Below are positions 52,065 through 64,000 of a stretch of DNA of 64,000 nucleotides, piece after piece. The stretch's first letter is position 1. Each line of letters starts with the position of its first letter. Source of the DNA: Geosiphon pyriformis uo1 (Eukaryota > Fungi > Glomeromycota); the NCBI GenBank assembly GCA_016748015.1, contig JAAOMT010000672.1, positions 443,094 through 507,093 of the forward strand, given 5' to 3'. The position numbers and the translations under genes were made by a program. The notes beneath the pieces are model-generated. The model was not told where the DNA came from and ran no database searches. It saw nothing but the letters and a program-made list of their open reading frames with translations.

Positions 52065-52628
52065 ATGAATCAGCAAGTTTTTAACAATTTCGTTGGGAAT
52101 TACCAAACCCCTCCATTCCTTCATTCCAATGAGCAAAACGCTTCTCGCGTAAACCATAATGAAACTTCAAACTATAACAACCTGAATGATGTTAACTCAA
52201 CTTCCGGATTTAACCACCCATCAGTGCTTTCAGAATACCATAATGATTCAAATTGGCTACATGACCCCTCATTTAGCCACTCTCGATACCACCCGTCAGC
52301 GCATTCCGATTCAAACCAAATTGAACCTCAAAGTTCACAACAATATAATTCTCAAATCCATAAAGCTACGGGAAATCATGTTCAACAATTTAATCGAACC
52401 CCAGAGTTCCAACAAAATCCTAATCGTATTTCATTTCAACAATTTTTAAAGGTAAAGGAAGATATTTTAAATAAGGAGCAAGAAAATATTGATAAAAAGC
52501 GAGATATTTTAAATAAAGAGCAAGAAAGTATTGATAAAAAGCGAGATATTTTAAATAATGACCGGTATATTTTTTCCCAAAGGCAAGAATTAGACCAGCT
52601 AGAAATTAATTTTTTTGGTAGAAATTAA
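52065..52628 (+). CDS. Hypothetical N/Q/S/H-rich protein with C-terminal coiled-coil repeat
   Basis: 187-aa ATG-initiated open frame with coding-like composition; 14-aa repeat DILNKEQExIDKKR; a degenerate paralog lies downstream. Confidence 0.65.
   Translation: MNQQVFNNFVGNYQTPPFLHSNEQNASRVNHNETSNYNNLNDVNSTSGFNHPSVLSEYHNDSNWLHDPSFSHSRYHPSAHSDSNQIEPQSSQQYNSQIHKATGNHVQQFNRTPEFQQNPNRISFQQFLKVKEDILNKEQENIDKKRDILNKEQESIDKKRDILNNDRYIFSQRQELDQLEINFFGRN
52461..52558 (+). repeat. 42-bp coding tandem repeat, ~2.3 copies
   Basis: GATATTTTAAATAA... units start at 52461, 52503 and 52545. Confidence 0.9.
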
Positions 52629-53831
52629 ATATGATACTTCTCCCTTCACTCAACCCTCTAATAAACCTTTAGTTTACTCTTCTGAGAACGCATGTATACA
52701 TATGGTACATTATTCAGAGATCTGTTAACTAACTCGGGTGGCTGGTAACGTGTCGACAAAGCATGAGCTGCATCTATTATAAAATGTTTCTGTAGATAGG
52801 GGTTGGACCACGCTTCGTTAAGCATTAAAAAAAAAATGAATAGAAAAAACGGGGAAAAATCCCCTTAATGCTTAAGAAAACATCTATTTTTGAGCATAAA
52901 TTTTTTAAATTAAGGGTAAATACTATTTTAAAACATGCAAAATTAAATATTTTAAATTCAAAGTGTAAAATATTTAAGAATAGCAAAATTTATAGTTATA
53001 AAATTAATGTAACAATTTTTCTTAGATGTATTACTTTATTGAAAAGCTCATTAAGATTACTAGATAGGGAATTTTTTCTCGAGCGTCCTAAGCTTTAAAT
53101 ATTAGGTACAAAAGCCTAAATGAAATCCATCAATTTGTAACACTAGGTGATAAAATATTTTAGATAATACACTTTTTTTTTGAAATAAATTCGTCCTTTT
53201 ATATGGGAAATAATTTAAATTTCTTTGCTCGCAAAGCCTTTAAATTCATCAATGACCTTAGCAATACAGCAGTCAAATGTTGTTGCAAGTTTTGTGTTTC
53301 TCAGCTCCTGTTTCAGCCCATACATAAATAAATAAACAAATATGTAGTTATTCATTAAAATACTACCATTGAAGATGATTCTTGTTAATAGCCAAGTAGT
53401 TTAATTAATAGTCGTTTAAGAAAGATATGGACTTAAAAATTTAGCAACAACAATATAAAAGTGCCAAATTTTAGCCACACAGAATAATGGCTACTATCAT
53501 AGATCATATCCATGTACAAAGTTTAGTTAACATCAAAAGCAAACTCGTATTTTAAAAATTTCTATGGGGCTTTGGCAAAAACGAAGACTAAACTCTGATT
53601 ATCGACGCTGATTTTACCATCCTCAAACTTGATCAAAAGATCTAAGGTGGTTTGAATCTTTAAAGGCAGAGGAAATTGTAAAATAAATTGGTTGGAAAAA
53701 GTAATTGATCCCAACTTAAAATATCTAATATTAAACCTTGTTGAATAAACAACTTACTCCAATTTTAGGCAAAATCATGGAGAATTTCGTAATCTAAAGT
53801 ATTTATTTCTCTGAGTTTTCAACCAACAGCT

Positions 53832-54400
53832 ATGAATCATCAAGTTTCTAATAATCTTGTTGACAATTATCAAATCCTCGCTTTGAGAAATAATAACATT
53901 GTTCTTTAAATTCTCTGTTCTAATGAGCAAGACATTACTCGTGTGAATGCTAATAGGACTTTATTTATATAGCTTCAATATCATCCGTTGACGCATTTGG
54001 AATTCGAAGTTAATTTAAATCAAATACAAGAACCTTCCAATTCAAATCAAACTTAACCAGGTTTAAATTTAAGAATGATGAATTATTCCCATGATTAAAG
54101 ACCATCATTCAGCACAATAACTTCAATGCTAAATTTAACTCTTTAGCACCAGACAACCAAGCTACCCTATGCAAAAACATATTTCCTGAAATCCAAATTT
54201 ACAACAAAATTCTGGCCCATTTTCCTTGAAAATTGATTAACTTTACAGAAAAATATTTTAAAATATGGAACAAGATATTTTGAATAAAAGTAGAGAGCTT
54301 TTTGATAAAGAATGATATATTTTAAGAAAATTCAAGTATTATTCCAGCTAAACTAATTTCGCAAAGACAAAATATGATCATTTTAAAATATCTACGAAGC
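53832..54400 (+). pseudogene. Degenerate tandem paralog of 52065-52628
   Basis: CAGCTATGAATCATCAAGTTTCTAATAATC vs CAGCTATGAATCAGCAAGTTTTTAACAATT; shared upstream AAACCTTGTTGAATAA; QDILNKSRE relic; stops and frameshifts. Confidence 0.75.
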
Positions 54401-56399
54401 TATGAGTGTGCTAACCATTCGTTTAAAGGGCTAATGTTTTATATATTTTTATGGATTAAAATATTTATTCTAGAGGAAATGTAATTTAAAATTTCAGTTA
54501 AATAATTAATATGTAAAAAAACTCGAATGTTTAAAATATTTGTCAACTTTAACCTTTGCCAAATGATCGTTTCAAATAAATGCTTTATAATCATTCATCT
54601 CGTTATAAGTGAATTTCCCAGCTACCACAAATCAAATTAAATCAAAAATCATGGGATTTTTATTGTACAAATAATAAACACTATATGCATGTATTTACCC
54701 ACGTTTCAGTAGTATTAGTATTTAAACAATATCATTAATTTTAGTTACTTCTGAATTCTTTGCAAAAAAGAATTTTTCTTGTAAACTTGCCACCTTTTTT
54801 CCTGATCAGCTAGAGATCTTTCAATCAATTCTAGAATTATGAAGCATCATATACCATTCAATCCCAGGTTGTTAAGCATACCGAATTACTCTTGTTTCCA
54901 GACTCGAAGAATTTGTTCTTTTCCTTATGCCATGCAAAAGGTCTAAATTTTGAGTTTAATATAAAAGGAAACTTTATATTTAATTTGAGAATATATAGAA
55001 GTCTTGGGCACTTAAAATGTTCTACATCTCATTATTAAGTATTTACTCTTAAATTAAAAATTTTGATATGAAATAAGTAGAATTATAGCAGCGAAAAGTT
55101 CATAAAAATTATTTTACATGATTATTATACAATATAAGCTTGGATTTAAATCTCTATTGAAGCAATTAAGCTACCATAATTTTTTATTTTCTACTAATAT
55201 TATTCTAGATTTTCTAAAGTTTCTTATCCAAAGCATTAAGTTGAACACTCATCAATATACATTAAAATTTTTATAAGTTTAATTATGAGCTAATAAGCTA
55301 ATGAATAAAAAAATCCAAAAAAAAATTCTAAACTTGTGCATTAGATACAAATTATAAAAGAAATAATAAAATTCAAAATGATAATTTCTCATTTTAAAAA
55401 CTTTTCTAATAATAGAATTTATTATATTTTTCTCAGAACAAAACATTTGAATCCACTTGCTTCTAAAAATATATAACCACTTTCAATATCTACTTTCTTT
55501 TCAAAAGTTGGACAATTAATCAAACAGTTTTAGTTAAAGATTTCAGTTTGTGTGTTTTCATTCATTTAAAATTATATATTTCTTGAACTTTGAAATTCAG
55601 AAAAGCATTAATAAACTACAAATTTCTAGACAAAAATAAAAAATAATCGTTTTTAAAAATTTTTTGTTAAATTCTGATTTGACTTATTGTCATTCACATC
55701 TTCATCAATCTTAATCTGTAAAAGTTATATATTTGAATACCCTTTATATGTGCATATTATAAATATATTAAATTAAACATTATTTAACCTAAAACAGAAA
55801 TTTTAAGATGAAAAGGTTTTTAATTCACTTATCTAACAATTAAATGAAATTTGTAAAAGCTTTACTATTTAAAATAAAAATTAATATAATGATACTAACT
55901 TAGCAAAATTTTTATCTAAATTAAAATATGTTTTAAAGAATTTGATAAAAATAAGTTGTTTATTTCTTTTAACAGTCTATCATTCTCAAATCAAATTAAC
56001 CTTTAAAGATTTATAGGTAGTAATAAGATTTAAATAATATTAACCATGAAGAATAGCAATTACTGAATGCATTGAATCAATAAAAGAACCATTTCAGAAT
56101 ACTAACCTGAGTACTTGCTAAATAATTCAAAATTTTGGAGTTTATTTTCAGTAGTTATATTAATTAATAGATATTTACCTACTAATTAAGACAAAAAATA
56201 CTTGAAATAGTCTGAAGATTCACAAATTCAATATAATCTATAATCTATAATTATTTTGGACTGAAAATCAAGGAAATATTAATGTTTATATAATAATAGG
56301 ATTTTTTTATTATATCAGCTCGTTGAAATCCAAGTTAAACTTTATGCAAAGAAATTATATTAAGCTTGGTATTAAGACATTTTGATAAAGAAAATTTAT

Positions 56400-58640
56400 T
56401 CTTTATTTCTGTAAGAGTGATAAACTTCCTTGATATTACCTACCTTATGCACGATTGTTACTCAATTGCAAAATTGCAGATCGCTCAAAACCTAGCCTTT
56501 TTTTGGTAATATTTTTGCCTATATAAGTTTCATTTTTCTAAATCTTTGTCCCTGAACAAACCTTTTTCTAAAATATACCAAAAAACACTCATCGTTTCAA
56601 CTTCAACAATTGAAAATATAACTTCCCCCCTCGACTGGCTTGAAGGAACATTGATTGTCATCAAAGAAAATTTGGCCATTTTTCTAGCTGGTGAATATTC
56701 AAAGGCTGTTCACTTGGTGAAAAATATATTGAAGCCAGTCAGAAACACTATAGAACATTTATTCGATTGCTTGAATAATAGAAGTCAGAGCATTCGACAG
56801 ACTATATTTTGCTCGGTTTTTCTTTAGAACATGAAATTGGAGCTATTCCTAATTTAAAAAAGCATTTTGAGAATCTTAGAAAACAGTGAATGCAGGGGAT
56901 TATTTTGGACACTTCTCCTTAGGTTATTGCTATGATATTAAAGTCGGTCCTTTACAAGATCGAGAAAAAGCAATTGAACTCTATTCAAAGCCAGCAGAGG
57001 TGGGAGATACAAGTGCACAATTTAATCTAGAATTTTCTTAACGAAATTTATTGGGAGCGACGAAAAGTATTTTGAACTCTATTCAAAAGCAGGCGGGAGA
57101 TACAAGTATACAATAAAATCTTGGATTTTGTTATAGAAATCGAGTGGGAACGACGAAAAATCAGGAAAAAGCCTTTTGAAATCTATTCAAAAAGCAGAAG
57201 AGGCATGCAATACAAATGCACCATAAAAACTTCAATTTCGTTATAGAACTCGATTGGGAATAACGAAAGATGAGCAAAAAGCATGTTGAACTTTATTTTA
57301 AAAGCAGAAGAGAGGTGCTGTACAAACGCACCATATAATCTTCGATTTCGTTATAGAACTCGATTGGGAATAACGAAAATTGAGCAAAAGCATTTTGAAC
57401 TCTGCTAAAAGCAGGAGAGACGAGTAATACAAATACAAAATACAATTTTGGGTTTCGCTATAGAAATCGATTGGAAACAAGGAAAAATTAGGAAAAACCA
57501 ATTTGAACTCTATTCTAAAAGCAGCAGAGGCGGGTAAAACAAATGCACAATACAATCTCAAAAGCAGCAGGGGGTATACAGATGCACAATACAATCTTGG
57601 ATTTTGTTATAGAAATCGATTGGGAACAACGAAAAATGAACAAAAAGCATTTTGAACTTTATTTTAAAAGCAGAAGAGGTGTGCGATACAAATGCACCAT
57701 AAAATCTTAAATTTCGTTATAGAAATCGATTGGGAACGACGAAAAAGTTAGTAAGAGGTGGTTACTACAAATGCACCATACAATCTTCGATTTGGTTATA
57801 GAATCGCTTGGGAACAACGAAAGACGAGCAAAAAGCAGCAGAGGCGAGTAATACAAATGCCTAATACTATCTTGGGTATTGTTGTCCAAATCGAATGAAA
57901 TGAGGTATTTTTTTTGAAGTAATATGTGTGATTTTTATTCTCCTTATTTTTTTTAGAAACCAAAAAATGCATTGAAATAGTTTATCGCATCTTGGAAGTG
58001 CATCTTGCAAATATATCTTTGAACGGTCTGGGATAAACAAAGATATTACAACCAATGAACTCATTGGGATTTTACCATTTGTGGGACGCGGCGACTTCAG
58101 TTTTTCTCAAAGTGAACAAAGATACTTTTATTTTGGGAAATGTTTTGTCGTATTTTTTTCAAACCACAAATGGCCTAAGGTTTGTGCATGAATTAGAACC
58201 AGTGCATGGGGGCTTGCATCTAGAAATCAAATCTATAGTCTGACGATATCTTTGGTGTTGTTAAACGCTCAGCGCCCGAACTTTGTAACCCGTCGTCACA
58301 TACCAAATACAGCGATATTCATGGTTGTGCTATCATTTCCTGGAAAAATTTTCAGGAGAAAGACCGTAGAACGATATTAAAACCTTATGTACATTCAATT
58401 AGATTAAATTTAGGGAAAGCGCCCCATAATCGAAAAGCATATATTCAGGAAATGATTTTAAAAAATGGAATGGTAATCCGGATTGCCGTCATACTGCATA
58501 AGAACTTAAACAAAGAGTTATTGCTCCCCGCAACAATTGCAACTTAAACAACTTATCCGTGAAAAAAAGACAATTCTGAAGAGACACAAGATGCCACCCA
58601 AGATACAACAATATAATAGAAGCCAATTTATCTAAAATCC
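56400..58640 (+). pseudogene. Sel1-like-repeat protein with C-terminal kinase, pseudogene
   Basis: ~56830-57890: repeated KAFELYSKAAEAG..NAQYNLGFCYRN.IGTTK units with many indels. ~57950-58640: kinase relics (GLRFVHELEPVHGGLH, DDIFGVV..SAPEL, HTKYSDIHG). Confidence 0.85.
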
Positions 58641-60385
58641 TGGATTTTCTATGGATAAACCTTCAAATCCTGGGTTGTGTTATTAGTTATTTCAATTTAT
58701 TTATTGATATTTAATATGAAATGATTTGAAACTGTTAAATAATTTGACCAAAGAATTGGTTGTTTATAATAACATTTTGGCTATAAAAAATTATAATTTA
58801 TAGTTTATATATTTTTTAGTTAAGGAAATTTAAAATGTAGTTATTTAGAATCACTTACTCCATTTTTGAGTGTGAAGGCTATTAACTGTAAAACATTTTC
58901 TTCTCAATGATATTTAAAGTTCTTTTATTTTTTGAATATAATATATTTATTTTTAATATTTTATCCTAAATAATTATTTCAAATTGATTATAATTATGCA
59001 AATTTATTAAAGCATAAAATAGTTTATATATTTCTCAGATGAATATTAGTTAAGAATGTTATTTTAGATTTTTCTAAAAGGGGTTTAATTAAATAAACTC
59101 GTTGTTTTAATGTCATTTATTTGATAATTATTTAGAAATTTTTAATTTTTAAAGAAAGGAGAATTTATTTGAATGCTTCAAATGATATTTTATATATTTA
59201 GCGTCAGAAAATTTTATAAAAACAAATAAAAAATACCATATTTTTGAAAAAATTGATAGTGTTAAAATATTAAATGTCAAAGGAAAATCTGTAATAAAAA
59301 AAATTTAGTTTCATTTACAATATTAAAAATGGAAAGTGTTAACAAACAATTTCTATTAATCTATTGTAATTTCTAATTTCTTCATTTATCATTATTTGGA
59401 CTATTAAAATTGAAAAACACGTAAAAGATTTTTTTATTTCCAACTACAATGTATGCTTCTTAATTAAAATACACTTTGTTGTTTATTTATAAAATGTTTC
59501 ATTTTAAAAAATGATTGAATTTTTATATTAATTAAAAAATATTGTATATAATCCACTTAATAGTGCATTATTTTAAAAATATTTATTGTATAATTATAGT
59601 TATTTAATAAACATTATTATTTAAAAAACACATTAAATTTTGTTGTTTTTTTATCCAATTATTTTTGAAACAAAAAATTGATCTTTAATATTGTCAATTA
59701 ATTAAAATTAAATATGTTACATAAATTTTCTTACTTCAAATAAATTTATTTGTTATTTTTTAATGATAAAAATCAGTGTTTATTCCCAGCTGAAATCCAC
59801 AATGATTAACAATTGCTCACAGAAGAAGCTGAACATGAAAAAAAAGGGATAATTCGAATATCTCGCTGTTAAAGAATTATAAACAGCCAAGAGTAAATAA
59901 AGTAATAAATATTATTTAACGCAATAATTTTCGCTATTATTTAAATAAAAAGTAATAACTCCTAAATGTTTGCCGCGTTCAGTGTATTGTGTCCGATTTG
60001 GAAAAATATTCGAAAAAGAGTTTCTGCTTAATTAGATGCTAGAAGCTACTAAAAAACACATTAAATATTTGAATAACTTAAAATTAGTAAAATATTTATC
60101 TTTCGCAAGGATAATCATGTTTCAAAATAATAATTGGATTTATATGACGGGTTTCAAAATTCATCATATTTTCATTAAAAAGATATAAATGTTTGGTCTC
60201 ATCTTGTTATCTTTTGAATAAATATGTATTCAGACACATGAAGGATGTGATTATCCAAATAATGCAAAAGATCATAATACATATACAAGAAGGATTTCAT
60301 TTTGTTCCAAATTAAAAGAGGATACTAGTTTCAAACCGAAATTTACAACTTTTTAAAATTCATTGTCAAGATTTTTGTTGTTACC

Positions 60386-61891
60386 ATGTATAAGCGATGT
60401 ATTAACTCTCGTCTAAATTTTAAACATCAATTTGTTACCTTTGGCTTATTAATCTTCTTTTTGATATTTCTCCACATATCATCGTTCAATTTATTTATTT
60501 TGAACATTTCACTCTCAAATCAAAAACCAATATTTCAAAATTCTGTCGTCACAATCAAAAATAAAATTTATTCCAATAAAACCAATTCCTCGTTTTTTCA
60601 CCAGAAATTCTGGAAAAATATTGGACTTGAGCAAAGATCGATTCTTCATCCGCCTAAAAAACCATTCTATTCACAATATATTGGCCAAGTTATAGAGAAA
60701 ATGAATCTAATAGCCAATTATTCTAATCTAGGTTTCTGTTCACGAAAAGACTACTTGAGAGCAGAAGGGCTCGATGAAAGCGAAATCCAAGGTTTGAAAT
60801 TGTAAAATTAAATCCCTTATTTTTCTACAAAATTTTGAAATATTTATTATAATTTTTTAATAGTGTGGTATGATATAATATCTGAAAAATCTATCAATAG
60901 TCTAATTGTAAGTTTTTCAGGTATTTTCTCCAAAAATTTTTGTTTCGAATTATTGAAATTAATTTCCTTCATCATACATTTGTTTAATTTCCTCTTTCTT
61001 TTTTTATAAAATTATAGGACCACAATTGACAAAAGATCAATGGGCAGCCCGAAAAATAGAATTAGTTCCCTTCAAAATCCATGGACTAAAACCAAACAAA
61101 TTAATCCTGGTAGACAAATTTCTTCAGGACAAGTTTTTGCGCGTGAAAAATCAGTTTCATACACAGCTTGCCATAGCTATTGGTACCACAACTCTCAATA
61201 AAATTATTTTTACTGGCTATGGAATTGGTGGTGGTAAGAGATCTTTAATAAAATCGTTTCTTTTACAAAGTTTCTAAAAATTAAAACAGAAATTTTTTAG
61301 CATATGCGGCTTTAAGTGGCCTAACATGGAGAATCGAATCTTATCTTGAAGATCAAGAGACTCCTGATAGCCTGGTTAAATTCTCGAATTTCGAAGTCCA
61401 AGTAATGACTTTCGGAGCTCCCCGGTTGGGAAATGTTGTTTTTGCTCAACTAACAAACAAATTCCTCAAAATTTATCGTGTGACTCATACAAATGATCAT
61501 GTCCCACAATTTCCAAGTCGTAAAATTGGAAATCACATTTTGGAACATCACGAATTAGAATTATGGATTGATTCAGTATCATGTGCATGCTCCCCCGACG
61601 CAGAATATTTTCTTTGGGAATGTCAAGGTTTTAAGCAAATATCAAAATCATGGAACCAAATTAAAATTTCAAATGAAACATTTTTTCCAGATGGTGGAAA
61701 TTCTGGGGAGAATTTGGTTTGTAAAAATTTCTCTTTTTAAGAAATTTTTCGAGGCAGATAGTTTATTTCTGAATTTAATTCTAATTTTTTTTTTAAAGGA
61801 ATGCAATTCAGGACAATCAATTGCTAAAGTTTTAAGCAATTTTATACATACTGGACCTTACTTTGGAGTGAAGATGGGGTACTGTGAGTAA
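60386..61891 (+). CDS. Class 3 lipase-like (Lipase_3 fold) protein, 5 exons, lacking the catalytic Ser
   Basis: N-terminal hydrophobic segment; LIVSFSG, IIFTGYGIGG|AYA (GxSxG position), TFGAPRLGN, RVTHTNDHVPQFP, HHELELWI, HTGPYFG; canonical introns restore the frame. Confidence 0.88.
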
Positions 61892-64000
61892 TAATGATAG
61901 CAAAAACTTTCTCAAATACAGCTTTAGTTTGAATTCCTGAAATATCTCGAAAATTCTAAAAGGTCATTTGTAGATAATTGACTTTTAAAGTAGATTTTCC
62001 GATATTAATCTCATATTTTAACATTTTTGGTCCTGTTTTCACACATCAAAATGAAAAATTTAACAATACTCAAGAACTCAAGTTTTGAGTTCAATTGATC
62101 AATTCTATACATACTTTTATAAAAAAAACTCTCCTTAGAAGACAAAATAAAAAATGTACTAACAACTTTTTTTTGAAATTAGTAAATTGTAACATGTTAA
62201 ATTTTTTCAAAGGTTTACTTCATTAAATTTATAGGTTCAGATTAATTTATAATTTGGCTAAAAACTTTATAAGCTTATTAATTTTTTACTATTCACAACC
62301 AGAAATTCAAAACAAACCTCTAACCCAAACTCAATGTCATAACTAATTAGAATTTCATGAAAAAATAGTGTAATCAGTCGCAACTAATTTTTTATCAGAA
62401 TCATAATCTTTTGCTTTGAAATGGAACCAGTTGAAAATTTTGAAACTTTAAAAATGCCATCTTTATTATAAACATCATTGTAAAAAATTTAAATTTCTTT
62501 ATATATAAATAAAAGATTTGTTTTATTAATAATTCATATGAAAAATAATTTGTTTAGATAAAATATTAAAATTGATTTAGTTTTTTATTTAATTGTCAAA
62601 TTATATCAATTTATAATTTCTTTAAGATTGATTTTAGATATACAAGCTCTTGAAAAAAGTTTAGTAACACTTTTTTTGTAATCAGATAAATCGGCATCCG
62701 CATTAGTATTACATCTATTTTGTTTATCTGAAATAAAAGTTTTAGATTTATGAGTTTTTATTTGGTAAATTTGTTTTGAATAAAAAAATGAAAATAAAAT
62801 GTTGTATAACACAAATCAAATATTTTACATAAAAATTCTTTTCAAATTATTTTCAAAACAATTAGCTATAAATTACAAAAACACTTAAAGGTATAAATTA
62901 ATATTCCTACATAAATAATCATTAAATATTATTTTAAATGTTGTCCTTTGCAATTAAATTAAAAAATTTCGGAGAGATATGAAAAATCAAAAGCATGAAC
63001 AAACTGGGGTTATAAAAGTTGGCTTTAAATGTTTTATCAAAGGCCGAAACATAAATTATATCAATTCAATTGAGGTATTTTTTTTAAGAAATCCGTGTGA
63101 TATTTGTCTTTTCTAACATTAAAACTCTTATCCATATAATTTGTTTCACATCTTCATTGTGCCTATTGCAAATCTATCATTGAATGCTATGAAATTGCAA
63201 AAGACATTATAAATTTCTTAAGCTACAAAGCCATCGACTGCCGTTGGTATACCTGGGCGATTTAATATAATTAGTAATTTACTAGAAATTTATGGCTTTG
63301 CCTTTGTTTAATTATTAATAGGTAGCTCAAAGTGAAGAACTAACATGTTCTATAAATTTATTTTCCATATAATATTAATTGTTTTATGACCAATTAATAA
63401 AATTAATAAGATTTCAAATAAATTTTTATTTTGATATTGTTAAAACGATTATATTAATTAGAAAATATTTTACAAAATCTATGATTTAAAATTAGTATAT
63501 GTAAATCTTTTCAATATTTTTGCAGAAATTTTATTAAACAAAAACTTACTATTTGTATTTTTCAGGCAAACGATTTTTATTAATTTATTATATAAGAAAA
63601 TCATCACTTGATCAATTTTTAGTATTAAGTCAGAATTTTAATTTTATTGCAATCCAAAAATCACAATGCAACATTTTAATAAAAGTAATATTGTATTCAT
63701 ATAACACATAATGCATAAATCTTGGTTTAAAATTTAACAAACTGAATTATTATTCAAATACAAATTTTGATAATTATAATTTTAAATTATTTATCTGATT
63801 GTGTTTTTAAAACAAATATAAACATATTTACTGAATGTCAATGTGTGGTTTTAGTTTCTTTTTTTGAGTACTTGTGTGATAAGTTTTTTTTAAAACCCTT
63901 AATTTTAAAAGTGCAAATCGGATATTAAAGCAAGAAATTTATTATCACATGATCAATAAAATTTAAAAGAAGCCAAATCCATTAGCTAATTTTTATTTAT

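Noticed and set aside
56830-57890. Regularly recurring TTATAGAAATCGATTGGGAAC-like motif resembling a CRISPR array
   Set aside because: Intervening sequences are also homologous and translate to Sel1 repeats; no unique spacers or cas genes.
62900-63350. Possible hAT or other gene relic
   Set aside because: Motif resemblance too weak to support.

Overview
AT-rich, intron-containing eukaryotic nuclear DNA. Gene and repeat content points to a glomeromycotan fungus; Geosiphon or a relative is my best guess (inference from the AMF-type TKL kinase, Sel1-kinase relic, Ser-less class-3 lipase and the RNase-H LINE family). Apparently intact genes: a head-to-head pair of F-box/CxxC paralogs, a multi-exon cytochrome P450, a GCR1_C-domain protein, a 3-exon SAM methyltransferase, a large N-myristoylation-motif kinase, an N/Q-rich coiled-coil protein and a class-3 lipase-like gene. 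Relics: a full-length but hypermutated LINE (ORF1 + APE-RT-RNase H), an internally deleted LINE with a related 3' end, a complete-length Tc1 element with TIRs, a second Tc1 fragment, a possible solo LTR and a Sel1-repeat/kinase pseudogene. The first 3.5 kb is a fold-back palindrome, probably an amplification or assembly artefact. The main finding is absent from the ORF track: about 23.5-25.9 kb is an intron-less, bacterial-looking, decayed island. It carries an overlapping antitoxin-PemK/MazF operon with TGA at Trp positions, an RHH-like ORF, a Cys-rich ORF and a membrane-helix ORF. This fits a nuclear insertion of mobile-element DNA from a Mollicutes-related endobacterium (MRE). All family calls come from reading motifs by eye; no database searches were run.
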